A DNA stretch of 64,000 bases from an uncultured virus (IMG/VR IMGVR_UViG_2821954623_000003) (IMGVR_UViG_2821954623_000003), one strand, 5' to 3'; numbered from the stretch's first letter, positions 29,047 to 40,032 are shown. The notes: generated from the sequence alone by a model not told the origin. Program-made: numbers and translations.

Positions 29047-29403
29047 GTGAAGGCGAACTTGGAAACGGTAACAGGATACTTACAGAGTAATGAAGAAGTA
29101 ATTGCTATACTTTATTGTGCGATAAATATTGGTTATATTAGTAGATCTGGAATTCTAGCTGCTACAAATAAAAAGTTATTGTTTTGTGCTGACTATATGT
29201 TTGGAAAAGGCCTTAAATGGGAATATGCATACACTGAGGTGAATAACTTAAGTCATACAAATGATATAGTTTTAGAGATGTCTAGTATTCCTTTTATCAA
29301 AAAAATAACAATGGATTCCGGTGATGATTTTATTGTATTTGATAATTTTTCTACCCCATCAAAAGTGAATTCATTTTATGAGCTAGTTCAATCAAAGATA
29401 TAA
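29047..29403 (+). CDS. Bacterial PH-domain protein (moron)
   Basis: GILAATNKKLLF motif, GGAGG RBS, own terminator. Confidence 0.6.
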   Translation: MKANLETVTGYLQSNEEVIAILYCAINIGYISRSGILAATNKKLLFCADYMFGKGLKWEYAYTEVNNLSHTNDIVLEMSSIPFIKKITMDSGDDFIVFDNFSTPSKVNSFYELVQSKI

Positions 29404-30247
29404 TCGTTAAGGAAATGTTATCTTTTTGTTTTACTTAATAGCAAGATTCTTTATAAGAAAGATGCATCTCATGAAAATTGGGGTGCTTTTTTTATAGAAT
29501 AAAAAACATCGACAAAAAACCGATAAAATAAGGGGAATTATGCAAATGAAATCGACGGTAAAGTATAGGTACAAGCCCTTTGACAACAACATATCGAAGA
29601 GGATTAGTACACCTATTAGTGAAGCGTTCTGATGGCAGAATGTCACGGTAACGTATACCGCATAGTAGGGCGGGCAAGACGGTAAGAACCCGCGTTAAGA
29701 CGAAAAGACCAATGAATGTATAACTATGACATATTCCAGTGTGGCGTGTGTGAGATAAATCGCATTCGTCATGCTGTTTCTATTGTATTTAGTGTTCAAC
29801 CCAGAATGCGTCCTCTGGGTTGATAATAAATATAAGTCTATTTCTCTCTAGTATGTCGGTTCTTGAAAATGGAATGGGGTGGTTGCTCATGATTGAGTGA
29901 AGCTTGCATTCTAAAAATCTAAAAAGTATACGTGATCTCGTACATTATTAATTACTCACAATTCTTATTAATGACCAAAACGAGGGCAAAGAGTTCCACT
30001 CTTTGTTTGAGCCAATACAGCGGAAACATTCCCCTTCCGTCCCCTTAGTGTATTGGTTCAAACAAGGCGTCGGAATAATCATATACGTCTTGGATATAAA
30101 GATTAATTCCCTTTATATGATTACATTAAAATGATTTATTTCGAAATGACCTTTCGATTTATTTCTCCTATCCCCTAGGGCTATCATCTTCCGGTGATGG
30201 CTTTTTGTTTGTTATAATAGTAGGGCAAATAGGGGGGAGATTAGAAA

Positions 30248-30550
30248 ATGAGTGAATCGAGAAAATTAGAAGTCATTTTTAACACGAAGAATGGAAAAGA
30301 AATTGTCGTGAGAGTAAATGATAATAAAGCTGAAGTGCTTAAACGTATTGAGAAACATGGATATCAAGGGGCTATGATTTTGGGTGACCATGTTATTAAT
30401 ATGGGAGAGATTGTTTTTGCTGAAGTGAAAGCAGGAGAACATAGCCAAAATGGAAAAGAAATTGTAGAAGCTATGATCGGTAGTTCAGAATCTGTTCGTG
30501 GTCTCTCTCAAAAACAAATAGTAGAAAAATATGAAGGAAAGCACCTATAA
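30248..30550 (+). CDS. Hypothetical protein
   Basis: RBS GGGGGGAG, 100 aa. Confidence 0.6.
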   Translation: MSESRKLEVIFNTKNGKEIVVRVNDNKAEVLKRIEKHGYQGAMILGDHVINMGEIVFAEVKAGEHSQNGKEIVEAMIGSSESVRGLSQKQIVEKYEGKHL

Positions 30551-30916
30551 TGGGTGTTTTTTTCCTTGTTATATAGAAATTACACATTAAACGTATTTAA
30601 TGAGTCATCTAGGTATAAAGATAATCGATAATCATACAATGATACGGAAGGGTCTTTTCTAACGTGTTAGTTACCTCAACGTATATGTATCTTTTTGCGC
30701 CTGGGCGAGGGTGCTTTTTTTATTGCACATTATGATAAGGACAAGCATATTATGTAGTAGGACGAGTTCTTAGTGTCCTATTCAATGCTCAGGATAAAGC
30801 CCAATTCACATTGAGAGCACCCTCGATATTGGTGCTCTCTTTTTATTGAAAATTATATATAAATACATATAATATGATTGATGGATTAATATTTCAATCT
30901 GAGGGGTACAAATTCG

Positions 30917-31102
30917 ATGCGACGTAAAAAGGATTTGTTGAAACAATGGAAGGTGGATTTGCAAGCTGTTCAAGAAGAAAAGAGGATGAAGAAGAAGGCT
31001 AAAAAAAAGAAATATAGCATTCCTGGTAATATAGCGGGATTCATGAATGGAAAGAGTACTTATCGTAAAGAGAATGGGGTATGGAAGCAAAGAAATAAAT
31101 GA
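30917..31102 (+). CDS. Small Lys-rich protein
   Basis: GAGGGG RBS. Confidence 0.55.
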   Translation: MRRKKDLLKQWKVDLQAVQEEKRMKKKAKKKKYSIPGNIAGFMNGKSTYRKENGVWKQRNK

Positions 31103-31429
31103 CGTGAGGATAAATAAGTTGATTAAGTGTATAGGAATTATTGTAGGCGCTACCGTGATTTGGGTGGCGTCTTGTTTGTTGTTAAGGAAAGCTAACAAAA
31201 TAAACGAACACAACGAGAGAAAAAGAAAAGCAAGAATCAAATGACTCCCGCCTGGTGGAGAACTGTAATTAGTCCGCCAATAGCAATAATAAATTTAGGT
31301 GAAATATTAATCTTTAGTTTATCCTGAAGTTCTATGTTCATTTTCTTTCCCTTTTTCAGTTTGAATAATTACATGGGTATATTCAGATGGAATTAGATAG
31401 AGTAACAATATAAAATAAGAAACAATAAT

Positions 31430-31585
31430 GTCCTGTTTAGGTCTACTCTTTCGGTACTTATTTTGTTCACATTTCAGACATAATCAAAACCCTTATTATA
31501 TAACTCTCTTAACGTCCTGTTTACATGTACGGAAAAACAATGGTATTATTGGCTTATAGTTAATTTCCGGACACTTATACGGACG
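31430..31585. other. Probable res site of the resolvase
   Basis: GTCCTGTTTA at 31430 and 31514, with related half-sites (CGGAC/GTAC) up to the RBS. Confidence 0.5.
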
Positions 31586-31600
31586 AAGGAGAGATATGAG

Positions 31601-32185
31601 ATGATTCTTGGGTATGCTCGCGTATCTACACAGGAACAAAACTTAGCAAGACAACTCAAACAGTTAAATGATTATGGATGTGATTATATATTTGAGGAGA
31701 AAACGAGTGGGGCGACAACCGATAGATCAGAATTACTACGCATGTTGGATAATTTGTGTGAAAGTGATATAGTCGTCGTTACAGATTTAACTCGAATTAG
31801 TAGGAGTACTCAAGATTTATTCAAGCTTATAGAAACAATTAAAGGAAAAGGTGCATCGATTAAATCGATAAAAGATACTTGGTTAGATACAACAAGTGAA
31901 AATCCATACAGCACTTTCCTACTTACTGTCATGGCTGGTGTTAATCAGTTAGAGCGTGACCTGATTCGAATGCGACAAAGAGAGGGGATTGAACTAGCCA
32001 AAGAACGTGGTGTTTATAAAGGGCGCCCTAAGAAATATGACGATGATAATCCTAATATGGAACATGCTTTAGATTTGCTTGCGAATCGAGAGACGAATAA
32101 GTTTACAGTAAAAAAGATATGTGAAGTTACTGGTGTAAGTCGTACAGTTCTTTATGAGAGAGCGAAAGAACAAGGTTTGTTATAA
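31601..32185 (+). CDS. Small serine recombinase (resolvase/invertase family)
   Basis: GYARVST catalytic motif, LTRISRS, C-terminal HTH. Confidence 0.95.
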   Translation: MILGYARVSTQEQNLARQLKQLNDYGCDYIFEEKTSGATTDRSELLRMLDNLCESDIVVVTDLTRISRSTQDLFKLIETIKGKGASIKSIKDTWLDTTSENPYSTFLLTVMAGVNQLERDLIRMRQREGIELAKERGVYKGRPKKYDDDNPNMEHALDLLANRETNKFTVKKICEVTGVSRTVLYERAKEQGLL

Positions 32186-32258
32186 AAAAGTATGAAACCT
32201 TTCTAAATTAGCCTCTTTTATTTTGTATAATGAATCTAATTAGAAAGGGGATGTAGAG

Positions 32259-32573
32259 ATGAAGAAGTTGGATCGTTTTACTAAACCGTATTTCGAAACA
32301 AGAGGAGATAAAGAAAATGGAGTATATGAAGTAATAAGATATAAAAATGATGAATTTATTCCATTTAAAGAAAAATTCGATTCATTAAAAAAAGCTAGGA
32401 TGTTTATTTATCGATATGCTCTTAATAATCCAGAATGGCTAAATGTAAACGGTGATATAAGCGAGTTCAACTTCAAAGATGGTAGAGATGAGCAAGACAA
32501 TAAGTGGCATGATAATGTAAGCGAAAAAGTTTATAAAAAGAAATATAAAGACTTTAAAGATTGGAAGAAATGA
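32259..32573 (+). CDS. Hypothetical protein
   Basis: RBS, TATAAT upstream, 104 aa. Confidence 0.6.
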   Translation: MKKLDRFTKPYFETRGDKENGVYEVIRYKNDEFIPFKEKFDSLKKARMFIYRYALNNPEWLNVNGDISEFNFKDGRDEQDNKWHDNVSEKVYKKKYKDFKDWKK

Positions 32574-32638
32574 AAGTAGCGAATCCGCTGCTTTTTTATT
32601 TTGCATAGAAAAAGGAACCCTGAAGGATCCCTTTTACA

Positions 32639-33085
32639 TTACGCAGTCTTATAATTTTTATTTTTAATCCTATTCTTAGTATCCATAAATGTGGCGAATG
32701 TCGCTATAGTGCCACCTAAATAATAGACTTGGAATTTGTGGTCAAAAGCTAATCCTGTAATGAAATTGTAGCCGTATATAAAACATGTAATACCGAATAA
32801 CCATAACATGAACTTCAAATCTTTTAAGCTCAATCTATAATTCTTAATTTTTTTCCACATATGTATCAACTCCTATTGTTATGAGGTTCTGTAGTTTTTC
32901 TTTTTGAAATCGCGCATGTTGAGGATAAAGAATAGAAGGAAGATAACAGCTGCGATGCCATTAATCCAGTAGTATGTGCGCCCTGTTGTGAATCCGTTAT
33001 AGAAGGAATAGGCATTCCAAATTACAAGAAGTACTGAACAGACAGTAGAGATCAATAATGAACTAAAACTTCTCATGATTTTCAC
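32639..33085 (-). CDS. Pair of small two-TM proteins (32639-32869 and 32879-33085)
   Basis: Similar hydrophobic hairpins ending KxKNYxT. Confidence 0.6.
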
Positions 33086-33418
33086 CTCGATTCAAAATGT
33101 TAGAACTTATTTATAATTTTATATATTTATAGATAGATTTACAATGATTGGATGTAATAAGATAATTTAAAGCAATTACTGTTAGGTGGGGGAATATGGC
33201 TAGGTAGCTAATCTGCTGCTTTTTTATTTTGTATAGAAAAAAGGAATCCCGAAAGATCCCTTTTTCTAATTCCGATATATCGTAATCGCATATAAGTAAA
33301 GACATTAAATATTATATAAAAATAAAACAATACAAACAATAAGTATTTTAAGATTTACCATAAAGAGTAGTTATAACGAGTTTCTTCCTATTATATAGAA
33401 GGTGGTGGGTGATATGAA

Positions 33419-34216
33419 GTGAAACAAAAACACGAGTTAGCTCAAGAAGATTACATGCAAGGTATGAAGTATAAGGAACTGGCTGAGAAATATGAGGTTA
33501 GTATTAACACAATTAAATCCTGGAGAAAAAGGCATGGCTGGAATCGAAAAGGGGTGCACCTAAAAGACGAAAAAGGATGCACCCAAACCAAGAAAACAGG
33601 TGCACCCATTGGGAATAAGAATGCAGTGGGTAATCCGGGAAACAAGAATCCTAAATGGGGTAATAAGAATGCAGTAGGGCATGGCCCGCCAAAAGGGAAC
33701 CATAACGCTATGACGCATGGATTGTTTAGGAAGATAATCCCGAGTGACGATCCGCATGCAATGGAATTGCTAGATGAAATACAAAACCATACTGAATTAG
33801 ATATGCTATTCCACTCTATTCAACTGCAATACTTCAATATCCTTAATTCACAACGTATTATGCATGTTCGCAGTCAAAACGATATGTCAAAAGAGATGAT
33901 TAGCGAATCACTGAATGGAGACGCATACACAGTGCAGTTTGCATGGGATAAACAAGCTAATTTACTTACAGCTTATTCGCGCGCTATGACAGCGTTATCC
34001 TCTATGATTGAGAGGTTCGATAAGTTAGCAAATGCTGATGATGAGAGGCGATTGAAGTTAGAGCAGATGAAAGTTAACATTGAAAAAACAAAAGCTGACA
34101 CTGCACGTATTAAGGGTGAAGATGGCGATGAGTACGAAGACGATGGTTTCAAAGAAGCGCTAGAAGGTAAGGTAGAGGAAGTGTGGGATGACCATGACGA
34201 CGATTCCAAAGCGTAA
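33419..34216 (+). CDS. terS: Terminase small subunit
   Basis: N-terminal HTH (INTIKSWRKRHGW), GNKNA repeats, THGLF motif. Confidence 0.9.
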   Translation: MKQKHELAQEDYMQGMKYKELAEKYEVSINTIKSWRKRHGWNRKGVHLKDEKGCTQTKKTGAPIGNKNAVGNPGNKNPKWGNKNAVGHGPPKGNHNAMTHGLFRKIIPSDDPHAMELLDEIQNHTELDMLFHSIQLQYFNILNSQRIMHVRSQNDMSKEMISESLNGDAYTVQFAWDKQANLLTAYSRAMTALSSMIERFDKLANADDERRLKLEQMKVNIEKTKADTARIKGEDGDEYEDDGFKEALEGKVEEVWDDHDDDSKA

Positions 34217-36464
34217 AAAGAAACCTGCTCCATTCAAATTTAAGCCATTCTCCAAGAAGCAGCTGAAAGTATTAACCTGGTGGAAGCCTAACAGTCCCGT
34301 TAAAGATTATGACGGGATTATTTGCGATGGTTCTATTCGTGCCGGAAAAACAGTATCGATGGCTCTTTCCTATGTTATGTGGGCAATGGAATCATTCGAA
34401 GGTGAGAACTTCGGTATGTGCGGGAAAACAATTGGTTCGCACCGTCGTAACGTTATAACGCCCCTCAAGAAGATGTTGAAGTCTCGTGGGTATAAGGTTA
34501 AAGATCACCGCAGTGAAAATATGCTTACTATTACTAAAGACGGTGTGACAAACTTCTTTTATATTTTTGGTGGTAAAGATGAAAGTTCCCAGGATTTGAT
34601 CCAAGGAATTACTGCCGCTGGCATGTTTTTTGATGAAGTGGCACTTATGGTACAAAGTTTTGTTAACCAAGCAACAGGCCGTTTGTCTGTAACTGGTTCG
34701 AAAATGTGGTTAAAATTAGCCACGCTACATAGTGATATGTAGTTTAAAACTCGGTGAACTGGTAAATACCAGGTGTGCCTAAATGGTGCTAACGGTGAAA
34801 ATCTAAAACGAACCAATTTTAATTGCAATCCTTTTGTAGTAAAATAATATCAAAGGGGTGGTTGCAATGAACAATCATATTAAAGGTTATGTTTACATGT
34901 TGATTTCTCCAAGTGGAAAAGAGTATATAGGAAGAACTATTGATATAAAAAGAAGGGTAAATAATTATAAAACCCGTTGTAATTACGTAGAAACTCCAAT
35001 TTATCAAGAAATAAAAAAATACGGTTTTGATAACTTTCAACTTGATATATTAAAGGAAATCACAGGAGAAAGGGAAGAAGTCGAAGAACAACTAAATAAA
35101 TTAGAGGGATGCTATATTGCGAAACATAGAACTTCTGAAATAGGGTTGAATGTAAGGAACTTCGACGGGAAAATACGAACCTATACTCTGAAAGATTCTA
35201 CTAAAGAGAAAATGAAAAGGTCGCAAACAGGAAGGAAGCATTCGTTAGAATCTCGACAAAAAAGAGCAGGAGAGAACGCCTACCAATCAAGAAAAGTCCA
35301 TTCAGAAAAATTAGGTGAAACTTTCAATTCTTTAAGAGAAGCTGCTAAATACGCAGGACTAACAAACGGATGTAAAATTTCTGAGTTTATTAGTGGGAAA
35401 AGGAAGTCAGCGGGTAAACATCCAAAAACAAAAGAACCTTTAAATGATTGGAAATTTGTTTGATATGACAATACCGTGCCAAGCCATAGGGGAAACCATT
35501 TGGAAGGTGTAACGACTAAGATATACAGGCTAAGGAAGCGACTAACGTCGCTTTTTTCTATGCTTATGAAATCTGTACTCATAAGGTGTAATTCCTTATG
35601 GGGAAGCGCCGAGCATCTCTAGAATGAGATGAAGATATAGTCTATTCCCCTAATAAATATCGGGAAACCGAGGGTATAAAAGTTAACTGTAACCCTGCAG
35701 GACCGTATCACTGGTTTAAAGAGAAGTGGTTGGATCAAAAGAAAGAAAAGAATCTACTGCACCTTAAATACTCTATGGATGATAATTTGTCATTAGATGA
35801 GAAGACGAAAAGAAGATATCACCGTATGTATAGTGGTGTTTTCTATCGGAGATATATTAAAGGTGAATGGGCAGCTGCTTCTGGACTTATCTTTGATATG
35901 TTCAAGGAAGAAGTGCACAAAGTTGATTCTGTAGATCGTAATTACGTTGAGTATTATGTTTCTTGCGACTACGGTACACAGAACGCTATGGCGTATGGAT
36001 TATGGGGTAAATGTATTGAAGATGGTGGCAAAGAAGTATGGTACAAAATCAAAGAGTACCATTATAGCGGTCGTGATACGGAGAAGCAGAAAACGGACCA
36101 GGAATATTACGAAGACTATGAAGAATTCGTTGGTGATTTGCCAATTAAAGGAACAGTAATTGACCCCTCGGCTGCTTCGTTTATCGCTGTATTGATGCGT
36201 AATAAGAGGAAAGTATATAAGGCTCGTAATAATGTGAAAGAGGGCATTGGAAACGTTGGTATAGCGCTTAATACAGGCAGAACATACTTTAACGATTGCT
36301 GCGTTGAGACGTTTAAGGAGTTTGCCTCTTATATATGGGATGAAAAAGCGATCCAACGCGGTGAGGATAAACCACTTAAAGAGAATGACCATCACATGGA
36401 CGAAACGAGATACTTCATTAACACGATTATATTCGGATTACGTAAAAAGAAGAAAAAGAAATGA
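34188..36464 (+). CDS. terL: Terminase large subunit (PBSX type); exons 34188-34710 and 35683-36464
   Basis: GSIRAGKT, FFDEVA; splicing restores KMW-F-NCNPAGPYHWFK; nuclease motifs DYGT, DPSA and DHHMD. Confidence 0.93.
34711..35682 (+). mobile_element. Group I intron
   Basis: P1 GUGGU/GCCAC with a U-G pair at the splice site, P3 CUCGGUG/CGCCGAG, P7 GACUA/UAGUC, AAGAUAUAGUC S element, terminal G. Confidence 0.9.
34867..35463 (+). CDS. Intron-encoded GIY-YIG homing endonuclease
   Basis: GYVY...YIGRT, conserved R/E/N, NUMOD3-like GRKHS and C-terminal NUMOD1-like FNSLREAA. Confidence 0.9.
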   Translation: MNNHIKGYVYMLISPSGKEYIGRTIDIKRRVNNYKTRCNYVETPIYQEIKKYGFDNFQLDILKEITGEREEVEEQLNKLEGCYIAKHRTSEIGLNVRNFDGKIRTYTLKDSTKEKMKRSQTGRKHSLESRQKRAGENAYQSRKVHSEKLGETFNSLREAAKYAGLTNGCKISEFISGKRKSAGKHPKTKEPLNDWKFV

Positions 36465-36478
36465 GGTGAAGCAACTTA

Positions 36479-38017
36479 ATGACAAAGAAAAGGAAAGTTA
36501 GTGCAAAGGTAATTAAGGCAGTAGGGACAAGTACTCAAGTATTATCTCGCCAACAAGAGAGCGAGAATGAGAAGAACGCAGTTAATGATATTATCGAACC
36601 GCCTTATAGAATTGAAGATTTGCAGCAGATTAGGGAAAATAGTACGATTCTAGGGCAGTGTATTGATGCGTATAAGCGTAATATTGCTGGATTTGGTCAT
36701 GAGATGAAGTATAAGCAAGGTGATATTAAAGAAACGACAGAGATGAAAACGGAATGGTCCTTTGTGAATGATGGGGTAATTCCTTTCTTTAGTTTCGACA
36801 AACCGTTTAAAGAAGTTCTTGAGACAAGTATCGACGATAGAGAAACCACAGGCAATGGATATATTGAAGTGATTCGTAATTTAGATGGGAAACCTGCCGA
36901 ATTAGTAAATATGTTGTCGCAGTACATGAGGGTCACACGTAAGGATGATAAACCTCAAGAGGTTACTTATACCATTAACGGAAATGAAGTTAAAAGAAAA
37001 AAACTATTTCGTCGCTATGTGCAGCGAGTAGGAAATACTGACACGTACTTTAAAGAATTCGGGGATCCACGCTTCTTGAATAAAGAAACTGGCCAATTTG
37101 GTACTTCTACATTTGGCGAAAAAAACGCCACTGAAGTAATACAACTGAAGATAGGGAATGGCCCTTATGGTATCCCACGTTGGGTATCGCATGTTGTTCA
37201 TATGGTAGGAGCTAGGAAGGCAGAGGAATTAAATCTACGCTATTTCAAACAAGGGCGTCATATTCCGATGGCTATCTTACTGAAGAATGGGATTTTATCA
37301 GAAGAAAGTGAAGCAGCTCTAACTGATTATGTTTCGAATGTTGAAGGTGAAGATAATCAACATAAATATCTGCTACTGCAAGTGGAAAGTGCTGAAGAGG
37401 GGATTGTAGGTGATACTCCAACGTCAGTGGATATCGAGCTTAAATCACTAGCAGATATCCTGCAAAATGATGCTCTATTCCTTGAATACGATGAGAAATC
37501 ACGTCAAAAAGTACAATCAGCATTCCGTTTACCAGACGTATATGTAGGTTATATTCGCGACTTTAACAGAGCAACTGCTGAATCTGTACGAGAGATTACA
37601 GAAGAGCAGGTATTTGAACCGGAACGAAGCGCTTTAGAATTTATTATTAACAATGTGCTGCTACTTCCATATGGATTAAAACACGTATACGTAAACCTAC
37701 GAAAATCAGAGATCAGTAACACGGAGGATATGGTTAAAACTATTGAGGTGCTTGCTGATAAGGGTGGTTTAACATTCCAGGATATACGTAATATTGCTAG
37801 TAATATGCTAAATAAAGAGCTCTCAGATTATGATATTCCTGAAGCGGATCAACCAGTTGCTTTAGTTTTAGAAAGACATCGTAAGGTAAGTGGTTGGGAG
37901 GAAGGGTTAAGTGAGAAGCTACAAAAATCAGCTGGTGGTAATGCTAAGGAAGAACTCGTAAATGTAATGAAAGATGTACGAGACTTATTGGAGTCAATGC
38001 AAGATGCAGAAGATTGA
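36479..38017 (+). CDS. Portal protein
   Basis: Position after terL; GNGYIEV, YGIPRW and FNRATA motifs. Confidence 0.9.
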   Translation: MTKKRKVSAKVIKAVGTSTQVLSRQQESENEKNAVNDIIEPPYRIEDLQQIRENSTILGQCIDAYKRNIAGFGHEMKYKQGDIKETTEMKTEWSFVNDGVIPFFSFDKPFKEVLETSIDDRETTGNGYIEVIRNLDGKPAELVNMLSQYMRVTRKDDKPQEVTYTINGNEVKRKKLFRRYVQRVGNTDTYFKEFGDPRFLNKETGQFGTSTFGEKNATEVIQLKIGNGPYGIPRWVSHVVHMVGARKAEELNLRYFKQGRHIPMAILLKNGILSEESEAALTDYVSNVEGEDNQHKYLLLQVESAEEGIVGDTPTSVDIELKSLADILQNDALFLEYDEKSRQKVQSAFRLPDVYVGYIRDFNRATAESVREITEEQVFEPERSALEFIINNVLLLPYGLKHVYVNLRKSEISNTEDMVKTIEVLADKGGLTFQDIRNIASNMLNKELSDYDIPEADQPVALVLERHRKVSGWEEGLSEKLQKSAGGNAKEELVNVMKDVRDLLESMQDAED

Positions 38018-38930
38018 TAAACTGCTAGATTCATTAAATGGGTGGATAGAGAAAGCTGATACTGGTGATTTTACAGATTCATTGCCTGATGATCTGGAAG
38101 TATTGGACATGTTACCGGGATACGTTGAGGACTTCGAAGAGGAAGTTGCCAAGCTACTTCGGAAGCAGAAGAAGTACATTGTTGATGGAATTAAGAACTA
38201 TACGAAAAAGGATGCTATCGAAAAGGGTATCACGATAAAGGATATTATCGACTTTGTTACTGGCAGTCTATTTGGAGCTGATACATTCGCTAAAAGTTTG
38301 AGTAAAGCAGCGAGGAAATTCCTTAATTACACGATGAAGGATATGACGAAAGCTTTCATGGATGCAATTGATCCTGATATTCAGTTTAATGTCTTCTCAA
38401 AACGCACTACAAAGTGGATTAATAGTTGGTCTGATGAATTAGGTAAGTTAATGCAGATTAACTCGCAAAAAGCGGTAGAGCGTATTTTAAACGAGGGATT
38501 AGAGAAAGGGAAAGGTATTCGTGAAATAGCAAGAGAGCTTGCGAAGCTACCGGAATTCGACCGTAAAAGAGCAAAGACAACAGCGCAGACAGAGGTCCTC
38601 GCAGCATGTTCTGCTTCTCAATTTGAATCATATCGCCAATCCCCTGCTATAATAGGTAAGAAGTGGCGTCATAGCGGTACAAAGAACAATCAACCTCGTG
38701 ATAATCATGTGGCGTATGACGGTACAACGGTTCTGGTAGAGGCAGAATTTGAGCTCCCCGGTTCTGGAGAACGGTGTATGTTTCCTCGTGATAGTTCGTT
38801 AAGTGGGCGTGAAAGAATTAACTGTAAATGTATTATGTCCCCTGCCGTAGATAACAATATATTAGGCCTATCTGAAGAAGAGAAACAGAAGATTAGGGAA
38901 GAAACTTTGAAGGAGTTGAACAAGAAATGA
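38004..38930 (+). CDS. Minor head/morphogenesis protein (Mu gpF-like)
   Basis: RAKTTAQTE, KKW, PRDNH, INCKC. Confidence 0.85.
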   Translation: MQKIDKLLDSLNGWIEKADTGDFTDSLPDDLEVLDMLPGYVEDFEEEVAKLLRKQKKYIVDGIKNYTKKDAIEKGITIKDIIDFVTGSLFGADTFAKSLSKAARKFLNYTMKDMTKAFMDAIDPDIQFNVFSKRTTKWINSWSDELGKLMQINSQKAVERILNEGLEKGKGIREIARELAKLPEFDRKRAKTTAQTEVLAACSASQFESYRQSPAIIGKKWRHSGTKNNQPRDNHVAYDGTTVLVEAEFELPGSGERCMFPRDSSLSGRERINCKCIMSPAVDNNILGLSEEEKQKIREETLKELNKK

Positions 38931-38976
38931 AGACTTCTAAAATTAAGCTGATTCATATTTGAAAGGGGGTGAGTAA

Positions 38977-40011
38977 ATGCCAAGAAAACTAAAAAACGTG
39001 GATGTAAGCTTTGTTTCTATTGTGGATAAAGCTGCAAACAAAAAGAAATTCTTCTTAACGAAAAGTGAACAGGAACCAACGTTTGAAAAAGAAGTCAAAA
39101 TTATTAAAGGGGAAGACGAAGAGCAAAAACTTGTATATGGAATTGTATACTCTCCTGGCAGCGCGGATGATCCAAACACTCATGACGCACACGGGGATTT
39201 CATGACTGCGGAAGAAATAGAAAAATCCGCACATAATTTTATTGCGAAGTATCGTAATATCGACACTCAACATGATTTTAATGCAGGAGCAGGAAAAGTA
39301 GTAGAAAGTTATGTAGCTCCTGTTGATATGGAAATAAATGGTGAAATAATCACAAAAGGTACATGGGTACTGGTGACAGAAGCAACCGATGAGATATGGA
39401 AAGATATTAAAGATGGAAAAATGACAGGTTATTCCCTTGCAGGAGTTGCCGAGACAGAATTAATTGGGGAAGAAGTAACTAAAACTGAAGAGAAACAAAT
39501 GAAGTCCTTCTTCCAATTGGTGAAGGGCTTTTTTAGTGGGCAAAAACAGATTGAAGTTGTGAAAGATGCTGATGATGAAGCAACATTCCTTTTCGCAGTA
39601 GAAAAAGCTGGTAAGAAAATCAGTAATGTGAACATGTCCGATATCGATGCAGCTATTGATTCGTTAACAAATCTAAAAACACGCGTCGCGCCGTCAACAG
39701 AAGGTGCAGGAAGTGAGGAAGATAATATGGAGTTTAATCAAGAACAGTTAGAAAAGACATTAGCATCCGCAGTAGAGAAAGCAGTGAATCCAATTAAAGA
39801 GGAATTAGCTTCTGTTAAAAAACATCTTAATATCGACAAGGAAAAAACAGAAGAAGATATTAGAGTAGAAAAAGCTGTTGAAGCTGCTACTGCTCCTCTA
39901 CGTGAAGAGATTGAAACGTTGAAAAAATCTCAAGGCGTTAGCAATCAACAAGATACTGATGTTGTTGAAAAAATTGAAGTCAAAAAATCTGTATGGAATG
40001 GCTTACTGTAA
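38977..40011 (+). CDS. XkdF-like prohead protease/scaffold
   Basis: VSIVDKAAN, DAHGD, IDTQH, TGYSLAG. Confidence 0.85.
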   Translation: MPRKLKNVDVSFVSIVDKAANKKKFFLTKSEQEPTFEKEVKIIKGEDEEQKLVYGIVYSPGSADDPNTHDAHGDFMTAEEIEKSAHNFIAKYRNIDTQHDFNAGAGKVVESYVAPVDMEINGEIITKGTWVLVTEATDEIWKDIKDGKMTGYSLAGVAETELIGEEVTKTEEKQMKSFFQLVKGFFSGQKQIEVVKDADDEATFLFAVEKAGKKISNVNMSDIDAAIDSLTNLKTRVAPSTEGAGSEEDNMEFNQEQLEKTLASAVEKAVNPIKEELASVKKHLNIDKEKTEEDIRVEKAVEAATAPLREEIETLKKSQGVSNQQDTDVVEKIEVKKSVWNGLL

Positions 40012-40032
40012 GCCTGAAGGAGGAAAAGGTAT

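Noticed and set aside
29570..30210. tRNA genes
   Set aside because: No cloverleaf with a T-loop GTTCRA and acceptor stem found by eye
31601..32185. Phage integrase or tail-fibre invertase
   Set aside because: 194 aa is too short for a large serine integrase, and no invertible segment with inverted repeats was seen
34188..35730. terL as a pseudogene or two separate genes
   Set aside because: The break is explained exactly by a group I intron that restores the frame
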